A stretch of DNA of 56,568 nt from a virus, in IMG/VR virus record IMGVR_UViG_3300045988_108312; one strand, 5' to 3'. The position numbers and the translations under genes are program-made. Below, piece after piece: positions 1-7,443 of the stretch; position 1 is the stretch's first letter; every line of letters begins with the position of its first letter. The notes under the pieces are model-generated. The model was not told the origin of the DNA and made no database searches. It was given only the letters and a program-made list of their open reading frames with translations.

Positions 1-99
1 GAAATCCGACCTTGACTGGTATGGTTGGAGTGCAAACCCTTGGGTATGGGTGATCGAATTTGAACGGTGTGAAAAGCCAAAAGAAGAAAACTAAACTGA
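1..99 (+). repeat. Terminal direct repeat copy 1 (identical to 56470..56568); bases 1..94 duplicate the 3' end of CDS 55820..56563
   Basis: Same string gaaatccgaccttgactgg...aagaaaactaaactga read at both contig ends. Confidence 0.95.
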
Positions 100-117
100 G
101 ATTTAAGAGATAATTTT

Positions 118-288
118 ATGGAATTAGAAAAACAGGATATTAATTGCAAGAAGTGCAGAAAATACATTTTGACAGAGCAGAGAGGTCAGGACGGAAAAAT
201 ACGTTGCATTAAAGGCAGTTATGAAAATGGCGTTTATTATGGTATTGAGGATGCATTTTACTGTAATGAATGTGCAAAAATAAAATAG
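118..288 (+). CDS. Small zinc-ribbon-like protein (56 aa)
   Basis: ATG..TAG ORF below the 60-aa track cutoff; CKKC...CNEC cysteine pairs; weak RBS. Confidence 0.4.
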   Translation: MELEKQDINCKKCRKYILTEQRGQDGKIRCIKGSYENGVYYGIEDAFYCNECAKIK

Positions 289-307
289 AAAAGGAGTGAA
301 CTAATAA

Positions 308-520
308 GTGCGTTTTTCACAGCTTACAAGACCAGAACTTGAAAGCATCATTGAAAACGCAAATTTTACAGAAGAAGAATTAATAGTATTTAAAATGTTG
401 ACAAAAGGAAAGACTATTACAGAAATAGCACAAAAGACAAATGCGTGTAATCGCACAGTTAGCCGAAGAATTGAAAAAATAAAATCAAAAATAAATAGAA
501 TCGGAGGTTTAACTATATGA
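308..520 (+). CDS. Small sigma-70 region-4 / LuxR-type HTH regulator (candidate late-gene activator)
   Basis: GTG start 9 nt after AAAGGAG; EEELIVFKMLTKGKTITEIAQKTNACNRTVSRRIEKIK looks like a sigma region 4 HTH. Confidence 0.6.
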   Translation: MRFSQLTRPELESIIENANFTEEELIVFKMLTKGKTITEIAQKTNACNRTVSRRIEKIKSKINRIGGLTI

Positions 521-616
521 CAGTTGTGCTTACACAGAATGGGAAAGAAATTAATCCAGAAGATGTAGTTTTGCCGTCAGAAGTGCTAAAGCTGATTGCA
601 GAACTGATTAATTGAC
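518..616 (+). CDS. Hypothetical 32-aa protein
   Basis: ATGA overlap with stop of 308..520; no recognisable motif. Confidence 0.3.
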
Positions 617-694
617 GAAAAATTGATAATAGTGTAGAATGCGTCATGTGTAGTGAATATGGCGCATTCTTTTATATCTGATGGAGGAATAAGA

Positions 695-2056
695 ATGGAA
701 TGTGTCGCATATATGCGTGTTTCTACGGAGAAACAGGCAGAAGAGGGAAACGGATTAGAAAGTCAAAGGAGAGATATTGAGAATTATTGCAGGAAAAATG
801 AACTGGTAATTACAGATTGGTATATTGATGATGGGTACACAGGCGCAAATATGGACAGACCAGAATTGCAACGGCTTGTATCAGACTGTGATCGTAAGCG
901 CGTAGGCTATGTTGTTGCTTTCAAACTGGATAGAATATCACGTAGCATGGTGGACGGTATCTATCTGATTGAGCGTGTGTTTTTAAAGAACAACGTAGAG
1001 TTTAAGTGTGTACATGATAGTATCAGCTATGATAATCCAATGGAGCAGGCTTATACACAGATGATGGCAGTATTCGCACAACTTGACAAGAATACAATGC
1101 TGTTGCGCATGCGTGGTGGAATGTTAGAACGTGTCAAACAAGGCTACTGGATGGGCGGTGGGAATCTTCCATACTGCTATACATACAGCAAAGATACAGG
1201 AACACTTATACCAATTTCAGAACGCAAGGAACAGGCAAACAAGGCAATGGACTTGTTTTTACAGGGATATTCGGATGTAAAAATCCGTGATATGTTGGGA
1301 TTTAAAAGCGAATTTGTTGTGAAGCAGGTACTTACAAGCCCTGTGAATATTGGAATGATACCGTATAAGGGGAATATCTATCAGGGATTGCATGAACCTA
1401 TATTTAATAAGGAAGTGTTTGAAAAAGCCCAACAATTCAGAGCAATAAGGAAAAACAAAAGGGCAAGTTGCCATAACATCCAAACTAACTTATTGACAGG
1501 TTTGTGTTACTGCGGAATTTGTGGATGCGCTATGAGGTACCAGAAGTGGACGCATGGAAAACATAAGATTTACTGTTGTTCCAGGAATAAGGACTTGCAT
1601 TATCTTCCTAACCACAATCCAAATTGTAATAATACCTTGGAATGGGCTTCGGATATTGAAAAAGCTGTAGAGGACGAAATACTTTTAATATCTGCTAATA
1701 TATCAGACTATAAGCCAAGAGTAAAAGAATCTAAATTGGAAATATTGCAAGGGCAATTAGAAAAAGAGCAGACTAAGCGTAAAAGGCTATATAACCTGTA
1801 TGCAGAGGGTAATGATGATGTTATCGGCATGATTAAAGAAATTGAGAAAGTAATAGAAAATATCCGTGAACAGATCAAGGAAGAATCTGCAATAGAAACA
1901 AATAAAACTAGACAAAATGTATTTAAGAACATAAAAAATCTTGCCGACATTTGGGAAGATATCGACAAGAAACAAAAAAATATGTTACTAAAAAGTATAA
2001 TTGAAAAAATCATAATTAGCAATGGAAATATTGAGATAAAATTGAAAGATTTTTAG
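695..2056 (+). CDS. int: Large serine recombinase (phage integrase)
   Basis: ORF track 653..2056; ATG 695 lies 7 nt after GGAGG (683-687); resolvase motifs YMRVSTEKQ...FKLDRISRS, recombinase domain, Cys-rich zinc ribbon CYCGICGC..YCCS, C-terminal coiled coil. Confidence 0.9.
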   Translation: MECVAYMRVSTEKQAEEGNGLESQRRDIENYCRKNELVITDWYIDDGYTGANMDRPELQRLVSDCDRKRVGYVVAFKLDRISRSMVDGIYLIERVFLKNNVEFKCVHDSISYDNPMEQAYTQMMAVFAQLDKNTMLLRMRGGMLERVKQGYWMGGGNLPYCYTYSKDTGTLIPISERKEQANKAMDLFLQGYSDVKIRDMLGFKSEFVVKQVLTSPVNIGMIPYKGNIYQGLHEPIFNKEVFEKAQQFRAIRKNKRASCHNIQTNLLTGLCYCGICGCAMRYQKWTHGKHKIYCCSRNKDLHYLPNHNPNCNNTLEWASDIEKAVEDEILLISANISDYKPRVKESKLEILQGQLEKEQTKRKRLYNLYAEGNDDVIGMIKEIEKVIENIREQIKEESAIETNKTRQNVFKNIKNLADIWEDIDKKQKNMLLKSIIEKIIISNGNIEIKLKDF

Positions 2057-2086
2057 CACTACTATAATGCTATCCAATGGTATATA

Positions 2087-2123
2087 TTTACTGCTAATAT
2101 AGGTATATTAATTTAGCAGTAAA
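2087..2123. other. Candidate attP core: perfect 11-bp inverted repeat TTTACTGCTAA / TTAGCAGTAAA separated by 15 bp
   Basis: Read directly; lies 31 bp downstream of the serine integrase stop; not followed by a T-run, so unlikely to be a terminator. Confidence 0.35.
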
Positions 2124-2261
2124 ATAACGCCATACCCATGGCATGGGGTTAGTGCTAATGTGCATATTTACTACACTTTTGAGTCATTATAGTGGCAATT
2201 ATTAGGCGCTATTAATGGCTCTTTTTGTTTTATGATAATTACAAAGGGAGGAATAGAACCC

Positions 2262-2417
2262 ATGAATATTGAAACGGACGAAATCATAGAGAAGTTATGC
2301 GCAAGGGAAGATGTGCAGGCAATACCAACAATCTACCAAGTAGCCATGACCCATGCGATACAGGAAGTATTAAAAGATGTTAATGAGAATATGCAATCAA
2401 CAAGAACAGATTACTAA
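2262..2417 (+). CDS. Hypothetical 51-aa protein
   Basis: ATG 2262 preceded by AAAGGGAGG; in-frame part of ORF 2232..2417. Confidence 0.5.
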   Translation: MNIETDEIIEKLCAREDVQAIPTIYQVAMTHAIQEVLKDVNENMQSTRTDY

Positions 2418-2482
2418 ATACCTATCTTATGATGATACGAACATATTATATGAGACTGAAAAGCTGAAAAAGGAGAACCAAT

Positions 2483-2968
2483 ATGCAACCGTATGTGAAT
2501 CCATATTACCTACAGCAGAACCAGCAGGGTTATCCGCAGTATTATAACCCACTGGCACAGGTGCAAAACAGATCAATAGATTATCAGCAGAATATACCAA
2601 ACAGTTACCAGCAGAATCAGGTTGTACAGGGAATTAACGGAAAAATAATTGCGGAAATGAGTCAGATAACAGCAAATGATGTACCTATGGACGGTAGTGT
2701 TGCATTTTTCCCAAAGCAGGACTTGTCAGAGGTATACGCCAAGAGCTGGAATGCAGACGGTACAATCCGCACAGTTACTTATAAGCCTGTTTTGGATAAC
2801 GAGCCTAAGACAGCACCCGGACCAGAAAAAATTAAGTGTGACCTATCGGAAGAATCCTCACAGAATATTATGAACAAGTTTGATGAAATATCTGACAGGC
2901 TGGGGCAGTTAGAAAAATCTTTGCAATCCCAAAGAAAAACTTCACAGACGCAAAGAAAGGATGAGTAA
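2483..2968 (+). CDS. Hypothetical protein with Q/N/Y-rich (prion-like composition) N-terminus
   Basis: RBS AAAGGAG; first ~50 aa MQPYVNPYYLQQNQQGYPQYYNPLAQVQN..SYQQNQVVQ are Q/N/Y dominated. Confidence 0.7.
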   Translation: MQPYVNPYYLQQNQQGYPQYYNPLAQVQNRSIDYQQNIPNSYQQNQVVQGINGKIIAEMSQITANDVPMDGSVAFFPKQDLSEVYAKSWNADGTIRTVTYKPVLDNEPKTAPGPEKIKCDLSEESSQNIMNKFDEISDRLGQLEKSLQSQRKTSQTQRKDE

Positions 2969-2970
2969 GT

Positions 2971-3207
2971 ATGTTCAATCCAATGCAGTTAATGCAAATG
3001 ATGAGAGGTGGAAATCCACAGCAGATGATTCAACAGCTTATGGGTAATAGTCAGATAATGCAGAACCCTATGGCTAAGAATGCCATGCAGATGGCGCAGA
3101 ACGGAGACACCAAGGGCATTGAGCAGATGGCTAGGAATCTGTGCAAAGAAAAGGGATTGAATCCTGATGAAGCAATGAACCAAATTAAAAAACAGTTTCA
3201 TTTATAA
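2971..3207 (+). CDS. Hypothetical M/Q/N-rich 78-aa protein
   Basis: RBS AAGGATGAG; low-complexity MFNPMQLMQMMRGGNPQQMIQQLMGNSQIMQNPMAKNAMQMAQ. Confidence 0.65.
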   Translation: MFNPMQLMQMMRGGNPQQMIQQLMGNSQIMQNPMAKNAMQMAQNGDTKGIEQMARNLCKEKGLNPDEAMNQIKKQFHL

Positions 3208-3255
3208 AAGCTAATTCTTGCAAGATTAGAAATAAATTTAATGGAGGTAAAAAGT

Positions 3256-4017
3256 ATGTTTTCAAACAATTGTGCATCCGTTCCATTAGTAGCGAATATT
3301 GACGGAAATGGAAATAACAACGGATGGGGAGCAGAAGGCTCATGGTTATGGTTCATTATCGTTATTTTCGCTATCTTCGGATGGGGTGGATTCGGTAACG
3401 GATTCGGAGGAAACGGAATGAATGGCGGTGTCGGAAGCGAAATTCAGCGCGGATTTGATAATCAGGCGGTTGTATCAAAACTTGATGGCATTACAAACGG
3501 ACTTTGTGACGGATTTTATGCAGTGCAAAACGGCATGAATGGCATCAACACAAACATTTTGCAGACCGGATTCGGCATTCAGCAGGCGATCAACGCTGAT
3601 ACGGTTGCTAATATGCAGAATACAAATGCTTTGCAGACACAGCTTGCTAACTGTTGCTGTGAAACCCGTGAAGCTATTCAGGGAGTTAATTACAATTTAG
3701 CAACTAACACCTGTGCTTTGCAGAACACCATGAACAGCAATACAAGAGACATTATCGACAGCCAGCAGGCAGGAACAAGAGCAATTCTTGACTTCTTGAC
3801 CAATGACAAGATCGCATCCTTACAGGCAGAGAATAATGATTTACGCAGAGCCGCTTCACAGGATAGACAGAATGCACTTCTGACAACCGCTATGGCTACG
3901 CAGACGAATCAGATTATTGATGCTGTAAGACCGACACCTGTACCAGCATTTCCTGCATCTAACCTCTACGGTTATGCATACAACGGATGCGGATGTAATA
4001 CAGGATGTGGCTGCTAA
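3256..4017 (+). CDS. Membrane protein: Gly-rich segments flanking one TM helix, Q/N/T-rich helical middle, C-terminal CGCNTGCGC tail
   Basis: ATG 3256 follows GGAGGTAAAAAGT (track start 3241 sits in the RBS); GSWLWFIIVIFAIFGWGGFGNGFGGNG; CCC and CGC..CGC motifs. Confidence 0.7.
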   Translation: MFSNNCASVPLVANIDGNGNNNGWGAEGSWLWFIIVIFAIFGWGGFGNGFGGNGMNGGVGSEIQRGFDNQAVVSKLDGITNGLCDGFYAVQNGMNGINTNILQTGFGIQQAINADTVANMQNTNALQTQLANCCCETREAIQGVNYNLATNTCALQNTMNSNTRDIIDSQQAGTRAILDFLTNDKIASLQAENNDLRRAASQDRQNALLTTAMATQTNQIIDAVRPTPVPAFPASNLYGYAYNGCGCNTGCGC

Positions 4018-4042
4018 AAGTAGCAGCTAAAAGTAGCAGCTA
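4010..4042 (+). repeat. 13-bp tandem repeat GCTAAAAGTAGCA x2.3 spanning the stop codon of 3256..4017; also forms GCTGCTA/TAGCAGC hairpins
   Basis: Read directly: ggctgctaaaagtagcagctaaaagtagcagctacgc. Confidence 0.8.
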
Positions 4043-4116
4043 CGCAAAAATAAATAATTGAGTATCTTAATTGAGTTTAACTCGATCATGTCTGCTATGC
4101 AGTATTACTTAAATTT

Positions 4117-4152
4117 AAAGGGCAGACTTGTATGGTTTGCCCTTATTTTTTT
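4117..4152 (+). terminator. Rho-independent terminator
   Basis: GGGCAGAC-ttgtatg-GTTTGCCC (one G:U) followed by TTATTTTTTT. Confidence 0.7.
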
Positions 4153-4171
4153 AGAAAGAGAGGTAAAGATA

Positions 4172-4591
4172 ATGGAAATTACAGAAATTGCATTACAAAC
4201 AGTTGCCGCCGGCGAAGATGTGTCATTTACAGAAACACCGGTTTGCGGTAGTAAATGTATTGTACACAGACAGGGCAGTGGAATTATTAAATTAAGAGGT
4301 ATTACCAATCAATGCAAGGCTAGATTCCTTGTGTCGTATTCAGGCAACATTCAGATTCCGACAGGCGGTACGGTTGGAGAGATTTCGCTTGCAATCGCGG
4401 TTGACGGAGAGCCTTTGCAGTCAACAAAGATGATCGTAACCCCTGCAGCAGTTGAGAATTTCTTTAATGTATCAGCACAAGCATACGTTGATGTGCCTTG
4501 CGGTTGCTGCAGTACGGTAGCAGTGCAGAATACGTCCACACAGGCTATCGAGGTTCAGAACAGTAATTTGATTGCAGTAAGGGAGGCTTGA
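4172..4591 (+). CDS. 139-aa Cys-containing beta-rich protein resembling the BclA C-terminal (C1q/TNF-like) exosporium domain
   Basis: ATG 4172 after AGAGAGGTAAAG and after the terminator (the track start 4058 crosses it); pattern V.F...G.I.H..GSG.I.L.G...ARFLVSYSGN...GEISLAIAVDGEPL...VAVQN.S...I.V.NSNLIAVR. Confidence 0.5.
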   Translation: MEITEIALQTVAAGEDVSFTETPVCGSKCIVHRQGSGIIKLRGITNQCKARFLVSYSGNIQIPTGGTVGEISLAIAVDGEPLQSTKMIVTPAAVENFFNVSAQAYVDVPCGCCSTVAVQNTSTQAIEVQNSNLIAVREA

Positions 4592-4595
4592 TATT

Positions 4596-5288
4596 ATGCA
4601 TAAGTTTGCGAAACAGATTATGGATTGCGTGAAAGCCCACGTTGATGGCATCGGAATCGAGAATTTTGAGGGTCAAAACCTTGATGATCTTAAGGACTGG
4701 ACGGAGATTGCAAAGAACATCGTATGCTTTGACAAAGACTACCGAATTGTAGAAGCTATGGAAAAATCGGAAGATAACGAAGAAATTATGCGGATGATTG
4801 AAGAGTACGAAGATTACCCGGAACGTAGATTTTATGACAGTTATCGTTATAAGACTACTGGCAGATATGCACCAAAGGGCAGAGGTACGTATGTAGGCAG
4901 ACGTGGCTATGAAGAACCGCCATATATGCACATGATGAACAGGGAAGATTTACAAGACTGGGATTCCATGTCTGAACGTGAGCGTATGCGTGACCTTGAC
5001 AGGGCATCAAGGGGACGTATGTACTATACAGAGACAGAACCCATGCACAAAGACGGTGGTATGAGAGACAGCAGAGAGGGCAAAGCTGGCATGATGCGTA
5101 AGGGCTACATGGAAACCAAAGAAATGCATAAGGGCAGTACACCGCAGGACAAGGAAGCCAATATGCGCAGTCTGGAAGAATATCTGAAAGAATTGTCAGA
5201 GGATTTAACTGGTCTTTTGTCTGATATGACACCAGAAGAGCGTCAAATGGCAAAGACAAAGATTACCACACTTGCGGCTAAGATGTAA
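4596..5288 (+). CDS. Hypothetical highly charged, R/M/E/Y-rich (probably disordered) protein
   Basis: RBS AAGGGAGG; 230 aa, low complexity in the middle (RRFYDSYRYKTTGRYAPKGRGTYVGRRGYEEPPYMHMM...). Confidence 0.7.
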   Translation: MHKFAKQIMDCVKAHVDGIGIENFEGQNLDDLKDWTEIAKNIVCFDKDYRIVEAMEKSEDNEEIMRMIEEYEDYPERRFYDSYRYKTTGRYAPKGRGTYVGRRGYEEPPYMHMMNREDLQDWDSMSERERMRDLDRASRGRMYYTETEPMHKDGGMRDSREGKAGMMRKGYMETKEMHKGSTPQDKEANMRSLEEYLKELSEDLTGLLSDMTPEERQMAKTKITTLAAKM

Positions 5289-5294
5289 GGAAAT

Positions 5295-5326
5295 AGGCTA
5301 GGGCTAATAACTCTAGCCTTTTTTTA
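5295..5326 (+). terminator. Rho-independent terminator
   Basis: AGGCTAG-ggctaataact-CTAGCCT followed by TTTTTTT. Confidence 0.8.
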
Positions 5327-5375
5327 AATAGAACCTTGAAAATAAAATAATGGCTAGAAAATTTTGAAATAGTAC

Positions 5376-5404
5376 TTGACTTATTGTGCGTACTATTATA
5401 TATT
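5376..5404 (+). promoter_or_regulatory. Sigma-A-type promoter
   Basis: TTGACT (5376-81), 17-nt spacer, TATATT (5399-5404). Confidence 0.6.
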
Positions 5405-5435
5405 AAATGTGCGGACAGAAAGTGAGGTGCATAAA

Positions 5436-5609
5436 ATGTCTCCACGCACAGGAAGACCTAAATCTGACAATCCAATGAATGATAGAATTTATGTAAGGGT
5501 AACAAGGGAAGAAAAAAAGGAAATAATGGATTTTTCATCTAAAAATGGTTATACCATACTAGAATTAATCAGAATTGGAATTGAGAAGATAAAAAATCAA
5601 AAAAAATAG
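5436..5609 (+). CDS. Ribbon-helix-helix (CopG/MobC-like) DNA-binding protein
   Basis: ATG 5436 after GTGAGGTG; GRPKSDNPMNDRIYVRVTREEKKEIMDFSSKNGYTILELIRIGI is a typical RHH N-terminal strand plus two helices. Confidence 0.65.
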   Translation: MSPRTGRPKSDNPMNDRIYVRVTREEKKEIMDFSSKNGYTILELIRIGIEKIKNQKK

Positions 5610-5729
5610 AGTATTGCGACCGCTACCAACGAAAACAACACTCTATAAACCGAGATATCTCTCATGTGAAATATTCTATCACATAAGGGAATCTCACACA
5701 AGTATTATTTTGAAAGTGAGGTTTTAATA

Positions 5730-5973
5730 ATGGACAAATTTTTAGAAATCGTTTATGAAGGACAGTTTGAAGAAAGAAAAATGACAGACAAGTATATGGA
5801 ATTTTTTTAAGCCTACTCTTGATAAGCTAAAAGGAATTTTAAGCCCTGAACTTTACGAGACAATAGAGCAAGAGTTTATTGACAATGCTGTTGATTCTAA
5901 CAGATTTTATGCGGTTGAAGGTATGAAACTGGCTATTGGCATAATTGACGGAACTTATATTCCATTTGTTTAA
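5730..5973 (+). pseudogene. Frameshifted 80-codon ORF: 5730..5810 continues in the +1 frame 5809..5973 if one T of the T7 run (5802-5808) is skipped
   Basis: RBS GAAAGTGAGG; MDKFLEIVYEGQFEERKMTDKYMEFF* then KPTLDKLKGILSPELYETIEQEFIDNAVDSNRFYAVEGMKLAIGIIDGTYIPFV*. Confidence 0.45.
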
Positions 5974-5986
5974 TGGTGTGGCATTT

Positions 5987-6145
5987 ATGAATAAAGAAAT
6001 CAAGGTTAGCTCTAAAATTTTAAGGAAATCAGATGGAAGAACAGAAAAAGGGAAACACATTAAGGGATATATAGAAATTTTAGGTGAGAACCAAATGGTG
6101 CCGTCCGAATTTTTCATTTGGTTTCATGGAGTAATGTCTGAATAG
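5987..6145 (+). CDS. Hypothetical 52-aa protein
   Basis: In-frame ATG of ORF 5945..6145; weak RBS. Confidence 0.35.
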   Translation: MNKEIKVSSKILRKSDGRTEKGKHIKGYIEILGENQMVPSEFFIWFHGVMSE

Positions 6146-6156
6146 GGGGAACTGAT

Positions 6157-6849
6157 ATGGCAGAACTTGTAAAGATTGAAAATACAGAAATGGCAATCAA
6201 AGAATATAACGGTATGAGAGTTGTCACTATGAAAGATATTGACAGGGTTCATCATAAAAAATCCGATACGGCAAAGAAGTCATTTCAAAAGCATAAGAGT
6301 CATTTTATACTTGGAACGGATTACTTTGAAATTACAAGAAAAGAGTTAGGGGAACGATATTCCCCCAACGAAAAAATAGTCGGAAATCCCAATATGAAAA
6401 CATATCTCTTTACAGAAAGCGGATATCTCATGATAGTAAAAGTTTTTACGGATGATTTAGCATGGGAAGTACAGCGTCAACTGGTAAACTCTTACTTTGC
6501 GGTCAAGAATCAGATGGAAACAGCAGAACCAAAGATAGAGGATTGCAACTATCATGTCAGCATGACACCTGTACCAAAGACACCTACATGGTATGCAAGG
6601 AATCAGCGCAGGATTGAAAGGATAGTCCAGGCAATACACGGTAAAAAATCACAGTTGTATCATAGAATCCTGTTGTTTGTTGGAGAAGAATACGACCTTG
6701 ATGAAGCCGCTGCTATCTATGAACAGGAAAAGGGATATCCACCAAGATATTCCATGGACATGATTAGTTACTTCCCTGAATTATCAGAGTGCGCAGACAA
6801 ATATTTGGAATGTGCCGAAAAATCCTTAAAGGAAAGTGGAAAATTATAA
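6157..6849 (+). CDS. ORF6N/KilA-N-type DNA-binding protein (phage antirepressor-like)
   Basis: RBS GGGGGA; IKEYNGMRVVTMKDIDRVHHK...HFILGTDYFEI...LFTESGYLMIVKVFTDDLAWEVQRQLVNSYF; paralogue of 40816..41646. Confidence 0.75.
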   Translation: MAELVKIENTEMAIKEYNGMRVVTMKDIDRVHHKKSDTAKKSFQKHKSHFILGTDYFEITRKELGERYSPNEKIVGNPNMKTYLFTESGYLMIVKVFTDDLAWEVQRQLVNSYFAVKNQMETAEPKIEDCNYHVSMTPVPKTPTWYARNQRRIERIVQAIHGKKSQLYHRILLFVGEEYDLDEAAAIYEQEKGYPPRYSMDMISYFPELSECADKYLECAEKSLKESGKL

Positions 6850-6860
6850 TAGTGCAAAAG

Positions 6861-6892
6861 AAACCGCCAACCGTAAAAAGCTGGCGGTTTTT
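6861..6892 (+). terminator. Rho-independent terminator
   Basis: AAACCGCCA-12 nt-TGGCGGTTT followed by TT. Confidence 0.75.
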
Positions 6893-6909
6893 GGATAGGA
6901 GTTGATTTT

Positions 6910-7233
6910 ATGTATTTTATGGTAAATGGTCAGCTGTGGCAATTAGCTTTTGTTCCTGCCAATAGTCAAGACTTACAGCGCAGTGACGGAGCGTACACAT
7001 TTGGAGTTACAGACAACAACACTAAGACAGTATCAATAGCAAGCGGTATGTCTGCATATATGACAGAACGTGTAATCTGTCATGAACTAACTCATGTCAT
7101 GTGCTTTGAGCATGATATGTCTATACCTATAGATTTGGAAGAACGGTTGTGTAATTTCATGGCTGATTATGGAAAAGAGATAATATATCTGCTAGATGAT
7201 TTGCTGGCAAAGTTGCGTACTAATGCGATTTGA
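6910..7233 (+). CDS. Small HExxH zinc-metallopeptidase-like protein (ImmA/SprT-like size and layout)
   Basis: RBS TAGGAG; VICHELTHVMCFEHD contains HExxH. Confidence 0.6.
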   Translation: MYFMVNGQLWQLAFVPANSQDLQRSDGAYTFGVTDNNTKTVSIASGMSAYMTERVICHELTHVMCFEHDMSIPIDLEERLCNFMADYGKEIIYLLDDLLAKLRTNAI

Positions 7234-7332
7234 GATTGATTTTTGCAAAAAAATTTCAAATTTCCACAGAAAAATGTTGAAAAAAGATGTGTACCTAAAA
7301 ATCCCTAGGAGAAAAAAATATTCTGAAACAAA

Positions 7333-7443
7333 TTTGACCGCCCCTGGGGTACTTTTCTAACTGGGATTTTCAGAACGGTTTTGAAGCAAAATTTTGTTCT
7401 GATTTTCCGCAACATTCGGAAAAATTTTGATGCCCCCTGGGGT
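7333..7443. repeat. Two copies of TTTGA(C/T)(C/G)(G/C)CCCCTGGGGT(A/G), 93 bp apart, each with the palindrome CCCCTGGGG, set among four AAAATTTT/AAATTTT palindromes
   Basis: Copies at 7333-7350 and 7426-7443; AAAATTTT at 7388, 7421, 7480; AAATTTT at 7528. Confidence 0.7.

Noticed and set aside
653-694. Upstream-extended starts given by the ORF track (653, 3241, 4058, 5376, 13488, 24852, 33661, 39417, 40681, 43088, 9011, 8541)
   Set aside because: The extensions have no Shine-Dalgarno and run through mapped promoters or terminators, or through the upstream gene. Internal ATG/TTG/GTG codons with GGAGG-type RBSs at 5-9 nt are preferred.
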